64,000 nucleotides of DNA from a virus (taxonomy: Duplodnaviria; Heunggongvirae; Uroviricota; Caudoviricetes), in IMG/VR virus record IMGVR_UViG_3300043399_000676; one strand, 5' to 3'. Made by a program: the position numbers and the translations under genes. The notes under the pieces are model-generated. The model made no database searches. It worked only from the letters and a program-made list of their open reading frames with translations, and was not told where the DNA came from. Positions within the stretch are counted from its first letter, which is position 1; the number at the start of each line of letters is the position of its first letter. Shown here one piece after another: positions 10,438 through 19,024 of this stretch.

Positions 10438-11186
10438 AAATTAGTGAAATTTTATCGGAAGCGCAAATAACTCCTTACACAGCGTTCGCCGGAGACATTA
10501 AAAATTTTCCTCAAGACTTACAAAAGTATTGTAGTGAAGCACTATCTATTAATTTCTTAGACTTTCCAATATGGAGAGGGTTTCGTGACCTAAGTGAACC
10601 ATATTACGACACACTCGATCCTAGTACGGGTATACGAAAGTCTCAAAACACTTCTAACCATTATACTCTTTTATTAGATAATTCTCCGTTTATGAATGGT
10701 TGGCCAAAAAGAAGCAATAGTTTTATATGCTCAAGTACAAAAGTATACTCCGGAGGGTTCGGGGAGCTTTTTATACTAATTCCATACAATGGAACTAAAA
10801 TTGCAGTATGCCCAGAAAGAGACTTTTGGGATACTCCGCTTTCGATTCCTGAGATAGGTTTTGAAACCAGGCCCGGCAATGGTATGGAGGGGTTTAACTA
10901 CTTTCTAAAAACACATCTTGGATTCAAAAGCGATAGCTTTGACTCGATGATTCTCTGGACAAGAACTCCAGAGTTCAAAGAAAGGCTAGAAGAAATAACA
11001 GATGAAATCAAGCCTCATCAATTTATTCCGTTAATATGGGAAAGGTTAGCTCCTGCACGTACTGGGTTGAGATTGTTAACAATGTCTGAATATGTGAGCG
11101 AACGTCCGAAGGATAAAGAAGTTTGGTTTAGCGGACCATGCATTGGTATAACTAGCGAAAGTTATACAGAGTATTTTCAAAAGTAA
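10434..11186 (+). CDS. ADP-ribosyltransferase-like paralog 1
   Basis: PIWRG / PKRSNSFICSST / KEVWFSGPC, an R-S-E-like pattern; paralogous to 12638, 13636, 14463. Confidence 0.5.
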   Translation: MKISEILSEAQITPYTAFAGDIKNFPQDLQKYCSEALSINFLDFPIWRGFRDLSEPYYDTLDPSTGIRKSQNTSNHYTLLLDNSPFMNGWPKRSNSFICSSTKVYSGGFGELFILIPYNGTKIAVCPERDFWDTPLSIPEIGFETRPGNGMEGFNYFLKTHLGFKSDSFDSMILWTRTPEFKERLEEITDEIKPHQFIPLIWERLAPARTGLRLLTMSEYVSERPKDKEVWFSGPCIGITSESYTEYFQK

Positions 11187-11192
11187 GTTGAT

Positions 11193-11774
11193 ATGGAAAT
11201 CGTTTACATACATGGAGCAAATGCAAGCTCAGAGACATTCACATATATAAGAGATCACCTTCCTGAAAAAGAAATACTGTTTGATTATGCTAGTTCAAAT
11301 GGATTCAAGAATAACCTAAAGTCAATGAAGGAACGTTTAAATGAATCCACTGAAGAAATATTTTTTATAGCACATAGTTTAGGTGGGATTTATGCTTACT
11401 ATCTTGCTAACGAGTTCGCCGAAAAAACCATTGGTGGTGTAACCATCTCAACTCCATACGGGGGAAGTAGACATGCAGATTGGATGCGTATGGTTTTTCC
11501 CTTGATTACTCTTTACAGAGACATAGGACCAAACAGTTCTCCTATTGCAAATCTCTCATCTCTTAACGTACCAAAAAATTGGTTAAACGTGGTTTCAACG
11601 AAGGGTAGTAATCCTTGGATGCATGAACCAAATGACAGTGTTGTGACTATTGCAAGTATGAAGGCAATTGCAGGTGTTCCTATCGTTGAAGTTCCTTTAA
11701 ATCACTATGAAGTTGTTGTAAGTAAACAGGTACTCGGGATCATTCATAATCAACTATATCAACAAAGTAGATAA
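11193..11774 (+). CDS. alpha/beta hydrolase
   Basis: YIHGA, AHSLGG nucleophile elbow, NDSVV, NH. Confidence 0.85.
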   Translation: MEIVYIHGANASSETFTYIRDHLPEKEILFDYASSNGFKNNLKSMKERLNESTEEIFFIAHSLGGIYAYYLANEFAEKTIGGVTISTPYGGSRHADWMRMVFPLITLYRDIGPNSSPIANLSSLNVPKNWLNVVSTKGSNPWMHEPNDSVVTIASMKAIAGVPIVEVPLNHYEVVVSKQVLGIIHNQLYQQSR

Positions 11775-11784
11775 ATATCTAATC

Positions 11785-12165
11785 ATGAAATCAGACGAAT
11801 TCGTTAATGCCAAGAGAAACCAACAGATATTGGACTTTGTTAAATGGTCTATAAACGTACTTGGATTAGAAAAACCTTATCCTAAGATAACTTTTAGCTC
11901 AGACTCAAATAAAGCTCAAGAAGGGCATCACACTGGCGTAAACAAGCCAGACGAAAATCACATTTGGATTTATATCGGTAACAGAAATCTTATCGATATC
12001 TTCAGAACTATTTTCCATGAACTAACTCACGCAAAGCAACACCAAGATGGAAAGATAAAACCAGGTGATAGTTATCCGGGATCTCCTATTGAAGCAGAAG
12101 CAGATATGATGGCTGGAATGTATATCAAGATTTATGTAAAAAAGCATCCGGAGATCATTGAATGA
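11785..12165 (+). CDS. zincin-like metallopeptidase
   Basis: HELTHAKQ...EAEAD. Confidence 0.65.
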   Translation: MKSDEFVNAKRNQQILDFVKWSINVLGLEKPYPKITFSSDSNKAQEGHHTGVNKPDENHIWIYIGNRNLIDIFRTIFHELTHAKQHQDGKIKPGDSYPGSPIEAEADMMAGMYIKIYVKKHPEIIE

Positions 12166-12620
12166 GAGCAAGCGAATTTATTAATCTATTTGAAGAGTAC
12201 GAAGATGAAGAACAAGACTACTCTCACCTTAGAAGCATTGACGAAATAAAACAAATGCTTCCTAAACTTGCTTCAGTCGCACAAGAAGTTTATAATGATT
12301 GGGATGAGGACGATAGAGATACATATGCAGGAGGAGGCATTTGTCATCTTATCGCAGATGCTCTTGTTAGTTTCTTTTGGTCACTGAAACCAGAAGTACC
12401 CTCTACTACCGTAAGTTCAGATCATGAGCAGCATGTATACTCGGTCATTCAAGTACAAGAGGGAGTCTACATGATTGATATTCATCATAGTATATACGAA
12501 ACTGGTGGTGGATTTACTTGGAAAAAGATACCAAATGTAGAGTTTGAACCTAACGATTTTACCGTATATAAGATATCTGGCGATCCATCAGAGTTTGAAT
12601 CAATAACAGAACCATATTAA
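12162..12620 (+). CDS. hypothetical protein, possibly papain/transglutaminase-like fold
   Basis: GGGICHLIA...HVY...MID gives candidate C/H/D residues; starts MRASEFI. Confidence 0.45.
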   Translation: MRASEFINLFEEYEDEEQDYSHLRSIDEIKQMLPKLASVAQEVYNDWDEDDRDTYAGGGICHLIADALVSFFWSLKPEVPSTTVSSDHEQHVYSVIQVQEGVYMIDIHHSIYETGGGFTWKKIPNVEFEPNDFTVYKISGDPSEFESITEPY

Positions 12621-12637
12621 TCTATTGTGGAAGAAAA

Positions 12638-13507
12638 ATGAGAGCTAGAGAGTTTGTAACCGAAGAACTAAAAATCAATACCAAGATTTTTTATATGATT
12701 AAAGATGCTCTTAAAAACAACTGCAAGGATTCACTTTGGATGTTTGAAAATGGTACTCCAATATGGAGATCAGTCGGGTGGCGAGAATATGACATGTTGA
12801 GGAACCCTAAGGTTACAGGTGCAATAGTTGATCCTACTGGTTCTACCAGGGCCAGTACGAGTACAAGCAACCACTATACTCAAATATTTGATAGTATACC
12901 GTCAATGTCTGCGTTCCCTAAAAGACAAAATTCAATAATAGCCACAACCTCACGAAACAGATCAGAAGCATTATTTTGGAGAGAGGATCTTACTATCGCT
13001 GTCATTCCATTCGATGGAGTTAAAATAGGTTGTACAAATACACCTGATATTTGGAACATCGAAGTAACACTAGGGTCACAAACAGCTTCAGTAAAAGATA
13101 TAAATGATGTCTTTCAGAAACTAGGCGTTCCGGATTCCTCGTACAATGATATCATTCGATACATTAGCAATCCTCCTAATGATGAGGTAAGACAACAGAT
13201 TGAATCGACGTTCTCAATTACTTGTGAAGAGTTAGCGAAACAAATTCCTGAGGCTTACAGCCCGCAAAAGACAGGCATGACTCTGCACACTTCCGCGACC
13301 TTATCCAGTGTTATGGTTCACGAAGAAGAAGGTAACGAACTTTGGATAGGCGGCCAATGCGTGTATTTGACAAGAAAAAACTTCGTTAAGATGACACCAT
13401 TTATGGGTGTTCAACCCTCCCATGACATAGAAATATATGACCCAGAGCGCGAAGAATGGAAGGAAAAAGAAGCATATAGCATTTATAAGAGATCAAGCTC
13501 AACGTAA
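12638..13507 (+). CDS. ADP-ribosyltransferase-like paralog 2
   Basis: PIWRS / FPKRQNSIIATTS / NELWIGG. Confidence 0.5.
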   Translation: MRAREFVTEELKINTKIFYMIKDALKNNCKDSLWMFENGTPIWRSVGWREYDMLRNPKVTGAIVDPTGSTRASTSTSNHYTQIFDSIPSMSAFPKRQNSIIATTSRNRSEALFWREDLTIAVIPFDGVKIGCTNTPDIWNIEVTLGSQTASVKDINDVFQKLGVPDSSYNDIIRYISNPPNDEVRQQIESTFSITCEELAKQIPEAYSPQKTGMTLHTSATLSSVMVHEEEGNELWIGGQCVYLTRKNFVKMTPFMGVQPSHDIEIYDPEREEWKEKEAYSIYKRSSST

Positions 13508-13598
13508 GAACCCACCTTAGGGCCGTTTGTCGCTACGGTATAAGGCGTCCGCGAAATTTCACTGCCAGGCGCACTTGGCCCAGTATAAAGTAAGCTGG
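13508..13598 (+). ncRNA. candidate structured RNA
   Basis: GC-rich intergenic island with nested stems CCTTA/TAAGG + GCCGT/ACGGT, then GCCAGG/CTTGGC and CCAGT/GCTGG; strand assumed. Confidence 0.4.
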
Positions 13599-13635
13599 AT
13601 GTCTACTTAATGTTCGCATACGATAAATACTAATT

Positions 13636-14460
13636 ATGCGAATAAACGAGATAATCAACGAAGCGGCTGCACCTGGACAAGAAATTCAGTATGGGCAGCC
13701 CTCTGTCGAAGAAGCAGTAAATACTCTAAACACTCATTGCAGAGATGCTATTTGGATGTTGCAGAAGGGTACTCCTATATGGAGAGGATTCCCATCTAAA
13801 GATACGAACGCTTTAATTAATCAAACCGGGTTTTCTGATGTTGACCCTTCTCAGACAGAACGAATAAGTCAGAATACCACTAACTACTACACTATAATTC
13901 TAGACAACATTCCTTCAATGAAGGGCTTCCCCAAGAGATCAAGATCCTTTATAGCATCTACTGAGTTCAATGGTGCATATGGTTATGCTTATCATCGACC
14001 AACCGCAATCATTCCATATGATGGTGTCAAGATTGGGTCTGTTAACAGACAAGATATGTGGTTCACTAAAATAACGATAGGTGATGTTACAAAAAACATT
14101 CACAAATGGAATTATGCTTGGGAAAATCTTGGACTACCTGAATCTAATAACCAGCCATCAGAAGTAAAATATAAAAACTTCATTGCTGCACTCAAAACTA
14201 AAACCGCCGAAGAAATTAGGGATGCGATGTTAGTTAATGACTTAGACGGGAAACAGCTTGCTAAGATGCTTAACACTATTTACGGCCCTGAGCAAACAGG
14301 GTTTACTGTACATACTACTCAAAATCTAATGCCTTTAATGAAAGGTAGTAGAAAAGAACTTTGGATAGGTGGGCCTTGTATGCTTATCTCATTGACAATG
14401 TGGGATCAATTAAGAGCCGCGTTAGCAGCAAGTAAGAAATCAAAGAAAAAACAGAGTTAA
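13636..14460 (+). CDS. ADP-ribosyltransferase-like paralog 3
   Basis: PIWRG / FPKRSRSFIAST / KELWIGGPC. Confidence 0.5.
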   Translation: MRINEIINEAAAPGQEIQYGQPSVEEAVNTLNTHCRDAIWMLQKGTPIWRGFPSKDTNALINQTGFSDVDPSQTERISQNTTNYYTIILDNIPSMKGFPKRSRSFIASTEFNGAYGYAYHRPTAIIPYDGVKIGSVNRQDMWFTKITIGDVTKNIHKWNYAWENLGLPESNNQPSEVKYKNFIAALKTKTAEEIRDAMLVNDLDGKQLAKMLNTIYGPEQTGFTVHTTQNLMPLMKGSRKELWIGGPCMLISLTMWDQLRAALAASKKSKKKQS

Positions 14461-14462
14461 TC

Positions 14463-15260
14463 ATGCGGATAAACGAAATAATTACTGAGGCTGCGGCACC
14501 TGGTCAAGAAATTCAATTTGTGCAGCTTACATTAGAAGAGGCAGTTAACGTTGCACGAAATGATTGCAAAGACGCTGCTTGGATGCTACAGAACAATTCC
14601 CCGATTTGGCGAGGATTTTCTTCGAATGAAGTTATGAAAGTAGCAAAAACCGGGTTCGCTTCAGCAAATCCCGCGTTGACTGTACGAGTTAGTCAAAACA
14701 CTAGGAATTACTACACGATAATACTAGATGGTCTGCCATCGATGTCAAGATTCCCGAAACGATCAAGATCATTCATTGCCACTACTCATTATGCTACTGC
14801 TAACGGATATGCATCTGGTGATCCTTTAATAGTAATTCCATTCGATGGTGTAAAAATAGGATCTGTTAATAGACAAGATATGTGGGATACTAAAATAACT
14901 ATTGCTGGAGTAAGAAAGCCTATAGAATTTTGGAATTACTATTGGAGCAGACTGGATCTTCCTGTGTCTTCGTATGAAGAGTTTACTGCTTCGCTTAAGT
15001 CTAAGACTCCTGAAGAAATTTTTTCCGTTATTGGAGTAACTGGTGTATCCGGAGAAGAAATTGCTAAACTTGTCGAGGTCGCATATAGCCCTAAAAAAAC
15101 TGGGTTCACATATTACACTACGAAGAATATAGCTCCTATAATGAATGAGATATTTGAGTTTTGGATTGGTGGTCCTTGTTTGTTGATAAATAAAGATATG
15201 TGGGAGCCGTTAAAAGCCGCATTGAAGAACAGTAAAGGAACACAGCAGAATGAGATTTAA
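14463..15260 (+). CDS. ADP-ribosyltransferase-like paralog 4 (tandem duplicate of paralog 3)
   Basis: Shares MRINEII.EAAAPGQEIQ and DGVKIGSVNRQDMW with 13636. Confidence 0.5.
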   Translation: MRINEIITEAAAPGQEIQFVQLTLEEAVNVARNDCKDAAWMLQNNSPIWRGFSSNEVMKVAKTGFASANPALTVRVSQNTRNYYTIILDGLPSMSRFPKRSRSFIATTHYATANGYASGDPLIVIPFDGVKIGSVNRQDMWDTKITIAGVRKPIEFWNYYWSRLDLPVSSYEEFTASLKSKTPEEIFSVIGVTGVSGEEIAKLVEVAYSPKKTGFTYYTTKNIAPIMNEIFEFWIGGPCLLINKDMWEPLKAALKNSKGTQQNEI

Positions 15261-17427
15261 TGAGTTTAGTGCAGTATCAGAAGTTGCAATGAATCCTAAA
15301 GCATTTGGGCAATCACTTGAACAGGCAAATGCAAAGGGTGTTTTGATGGGATTTGAATTCGAAGTCTGTGTACCTAGGAAACAAATAAAACAAACAAGCG
15401 GAAACGATCTTGATTGGATAAAAGAAGTACCAGCCGATTGGCAGTTACTGGGGAAGTACTATGGACCTCATCTTCTTTTTGACTTACTAGCCCCTTTTAA
15501 TTTTAATGGAAAGCCAGTTAAGACTTCTACTAGTTTGGTCAAAGCATACAATGAACAAGTTGCTCAACAGATGTTTATTCCTTTACTTGATAGCCTTCCT
15601 AGTGAAATACAAAACGCAGTGAAGACTAGGTGGAAGCAAACTATAGAGCGAGATAGGCGTGGAAGATACGATAAGAATAGTACGTTTGACTTCATGCGAG
15701 TAACTAAGTCATTTTTTGAAAATAAGGAAAACGGAGATTTTAAAGACCTAGCTGAAAAAGTAAACAGAATAGAAACCTATGCTAATACATCGTTTTTCCA
15801 AGATGTGTTTGGCACTGATGATATCGCAAAATTAGTACAGAATCCCAAACTAAACTTTTACAAACTTAAACATGAAGTTTTTGGTTATATGCCAAGAGGA
15901 GATAGTTATGACATATACCCAGTTAGTTATGACTATATGGGTGCTGCGTCAATTCTAGAACCGTTAGTTGCAAAAACTTTTCAAAATGTTAAGGTACTAA
16001 AAGCATATCACGGGGAAGAAAAAACAGCAGATCAATGGTATATTGAACCTGACGTTTCCGTCAGACCAAACAATCCAAATGATGGTGCAGCAGAAGTAGT
16101 TACTCCACCCTTACCTGCAATTGAAGCTGTAAATGCTTTGAAGAAGTTCTATCAGATAGCAAAGCAAGCTGGTGCTTACACAAATAGCTCTACTGGTATT
16201 CACATTAACATCAGTATACCAAATGGACTAGATGTTCTTAAATTAGCAGTGTTCTCCGGTGATCAATATGTTTTGCAAAAATGGGGAAGAGCAGCGAATG
16301 ATTTTGCTCAGGGTGTGATGTCCTCAATAAAGCAAGGCATAACAACCAACAAAACCCCTCTAACTGTTTTTGATGAAAACGGAATAGCAATACTTCAAGA
16401 TATTGCATTAAACGTATCTAACAATCATAAAGCAAGTATAAGCAATAATGGAAAATGGATAAGTTTCAGGCACGCTGGTGGAGATTACTTATCTAACCTA
16501 AATGATGTTATAGATTCAGTTGGCAGATTTGTTCGGGCTATGGTGATTGCAAACGACCCTAATATGTATAGAAAGGAGTATCTGACAAAACTTTCTAATT
16601 TAGTTAGCGGGGCAAATAATACTACTGGAATAACCGATATGCTTTCTGCAAAACAATCACCTATAAAAGTTGACGCGGTGTTGTACTATGGAACTTCTTA
16701 TAAGAGTACCTCTGATAATTTACTGAGGCGTAGCTTGTTTTTTGATAAGTATAATCCTAATATTGTTAAAGCTCCAAATAATGTTGCAACCTCTATCACA
16801 AGTAAAGAGTTCGATAAAATTTCTCAAGTATCATCTACCGTTACTAAAGCAGGTTTAGAAAAGTTTGGTAAGTCCGTCAATGCTGTATTGTTTAACGCAA
16901 AGCTGCCTATTTGGGGAGGGTTAAAAAAGGATGTACTCTATCCAGTGGTTTACGGATCTAACAGAAAAAACAAACTAGGAGTTCAGATATTCACTACGAT
17001 TACATTGTCTCCAGGAACACCAGAGCATACTTGGTATGTTAATTTAATACAGCAACAAAAAAGAGCAAACACACAACAATCTTCCTCATCGGCTATTAAA
17101 GAATTCGCCAACGATGGATTCATAAAGCCGCCAAAGCCTCCTAAGAGTAAAAACAATGAGCCATGGGGCGACGATGATAGAAGTAAGATAATTCAAACAG
17201 TTAAACAGTTGCTTGCCTCAGGCAACCGTGTCGATTGGAAAGTACCAGGGCAAATGGGGCATGTAGTTCATGTAGAAGACGATGGGGTAAGTATGAAGCC
17301 ATGGGGAAGGCCTCGTAGCAAAAAAACGTACTTCTTATCTATGCCTAATGATACTAGAGATGATGAGTATAAAATAAAAATGATTGCCCCTAAGCATTAT
17401 GCAGTGGTGAGTTCCGATGTTAGATGA
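15250..17427 (+). CDS. putative amidoligase (COOH-NH2 ligase type 2) with extra C-terminal modules
   Basis: GFEFEV, EPDVS, AEVVTPP, TGIHINIS, ISFRHAGG. Confidence 0.7.
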   Translation: MRFNEFSAVSEVAMNPKAFGQSLEQANAKGVLMGFEFEVCVPRKQIKQTSGNDLDWIKEVPADWQLLGKYYGPHLLFDLLAPFNFNGKPVKTSTSLVKAYNEQVAQQMFIPLLDSLPSEIQNAVKTRWKQTIERDRRGRYDKNSTFDFMRVTKSFFENKENGDFKDLAEKVNRIETYANTSFFQDVFGTDDIAKLVQNPKLNFYKLKHEVFGYMPRGDSYDIYPVSYDYMGAASILEPLVAKTFQNVKVLKAYHGEEKTADQWYIEPDVSVRPNNPNDGAAEVVTPPLPAIEAVNALKKFYQIAKQAGAYTNSSTGIHINISIPNGLDVLKLAVFSGDQYVLQKWGRAANDFAQGVMSSIKQGITTNKTPLTVFDENGIAILQDIALNVSNNHKASISNNGKWISFRHAGGDYLSNLNDVIDSVGRFVRAMVIANDPNMYRKEYLTKLSNLVSGANNTTGITDMLSAKQSPIKVDAVLYYGTSYKSTSDNLLRRSLFFDKYNPNIVKAPNNVATSITSKEFDKISQVSSTVTKAGLEKFGKSVNAVLFNAKLPIWGGLKKDVLYPVVYGSNRKNKLGVQIFTTITLSPGTPEHTWYVNLIQQQKRANTQQSSSSAIKEFANDGFIKPPKPPKSKNNEPWGDDDRSKIIQTVKQLLASGNRVDWKVPGQMGHVVHVEDDGVSMKPWGRPRSKKTYFLSMPNDTRDDEYKIKMIAPKHYAVVSSDVR

Positions 17428-19024
17428 ACTCGCTGATAACCTAGCAGAAATTAAGATAACAGAAAAAAATATGACAAAAGGAAGGCACTTTTCAAAATCG
17501 CAGCGATCACGACAGAAGTTGCTAGCTGAACTTGATACTAAACTGGTTGATCAACAACCAAGTAGCAAAACTTGGCAGGTTATAAGAAAGCCTGGATTAC
17601 CTCCTTCACAAGTGATATTCAAAAGATATGGCAGTAAGGTAGAATTGCTAGCTACTGTAGATGATTCATACACTAAGTATGACGATGCAGAGTATGCCAA
17701 AGATGCAACTCCATTAGTTCGAACTTGGATGAATCTAGTTATAAAAGAACTCCCTGCGTTTGTCTCAGAGTACGATACAAGCAGTGTTAAAATGATTGCA
17801 TTTGGAAGACGAGCAAGCATTTACATAAGATACATGGATAGAATATTAGCAGCACTGCACGAAGTGAATCCAGGTTGGGTTAAGAATAAACCATATCAAA
17901 GATCGGACGGAGGATCAGTACTTACGTTCAGTAATATAAACTACGATAGAGATCCAAGTGATTGGAGAGACAAGCGTGGATTGGTAACTGAATCAGTTAA
18001 TCAAACTACGCTCAATAACTTATATCACGGTGATTTACCTGATGAATATGAAGCCTTTTGGGATTATGTTAGACCAAGTGATTTAGATAAACCTCTTACT
18101 GTTAATCAAATCTCCCCGTTTAAGCTTAAGATACTGATAACAAATCAGTATCGTGTAGAACACGAAGATGAAATTCTTGATATCATGAAGCCAGAGCAAA
18201 TAGATATCGTTAGAGACTATGAGAACAATCCTGGGTTATCTAGTAGTATTATTTTAATAGCAAATAACAGGATAGTTGATGGAAATCATCGTGCATTGGC
18301 AGCAGTATTCAAACGAGTCCCCATTAACTATGTTGATTTAAGTGACCTTGACGACGAAGAAGAAATACTTGAAGTTGCATCCGATACACCAGAGCAAAAG
18401 ATAGTTGATACATTGCAGGATGCAGGATATACTATGTTAGGGCGAGGCGCTGATGCAAGCGTTTGGACTAAAGATGAATCTACCGTCATAAAGATTATAA
18501 TGCCGGATAGTAGCGACGACATTACTTTTGCGGCAAGAACCTTTTATAAATTCTATGAGTTTTGTCAAAAGTTTGATAATTTTGATTGCCTACCAAAATT
18601 CGTGTCGATAGGAGGCAGACATCACACTACCTTTATGTTAGATGGTAGGCAGTTCATTCAAATAGCAATGGAAAAACTTCATCCAATTCCTGAGGATACT
18701 TTTAAAGAGGCAATGGTTTGGATTCTTAGTGACTGTGCTTCTAATGGAATGACTTGGAGACAGGCACTACTGACTGTGAGAAAAGAGGAAACATGGGAAC
18801 ATTGGACAGGATTAATGTATGGAGAAATTTTGCATGATCTAAGCATGTTGTCTAGAAAAGAAGTTCAAGAGTATGCAGTATTGTACTCTATGATGAGATT
18901 GTTATATCACACCGGACGTATAAATAAACTAGGATGGGATTTACATACAGAGAACGTAATGCAAAGAAAAGATGGTACACTAGTAATCATTGACCCATGG
19001 TTCGCATCGGAGACAAGTAAATGA
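17417..19024 (+). CDS. multidomain protein: unknown + ParB/Srx-like + Ser/Thr kinase-like
   Basis: IVDGNHRALAA; LGRGADASVW, VIKI, WDLHTENVM, IIDP. Confidence 0.7.
   Translation: MLDELADNLAEIKITEKNMTKGRHFSKSQRSRQKLLAELDTKLVDQQPSSKTWQVIRKPGLPPSQVIFKRYGSKVELLATVDDSYTKYDDAEYAKDATPLVRTWMNLVIKELPAFVSEYDTSSVKMIAFGRRASIYIRYMDRILAALHEVNPGWVKNKPYQRSDGGSVLTFSNINYDRDPSDWRDKRGLVTESVNQTTLNNLYHGDLPDEYEAFWDYVRPSDLDKPLTVNQISPFKLKILITNQYRVEHEDEILDIMKPEQIDIVRDYENNPGLSSSIILIANNRIVDGNHRALAAVFKRVPINYVDLSDLDDEEEILEVASDTPEQKIVDTLQDAGYTMLGRGADASVWTKDESTVIKIIMPDSSDDITFAARTFYKFYEFCQKFDNFDCLPKFVSIGGRHHTTFMLDGRQFIQIAMEKLHPIPEDTFKEAMVWILSDCASNGMTWRQALLTVRKEETWEHWTGLMYGEILHDLSMLSRKEVQEYAVLYSMMRLLYHTGRINKLGWDLHTENVMQRKDGTLVIIDPWFASETSK

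Noticed and set aside
13508-13598. tRNA or known self-cleaving ribozyme
   Set aside because: No cloverleaf, T-loop or CCA; no convincing hammerhead, pistol or HDV core by eye
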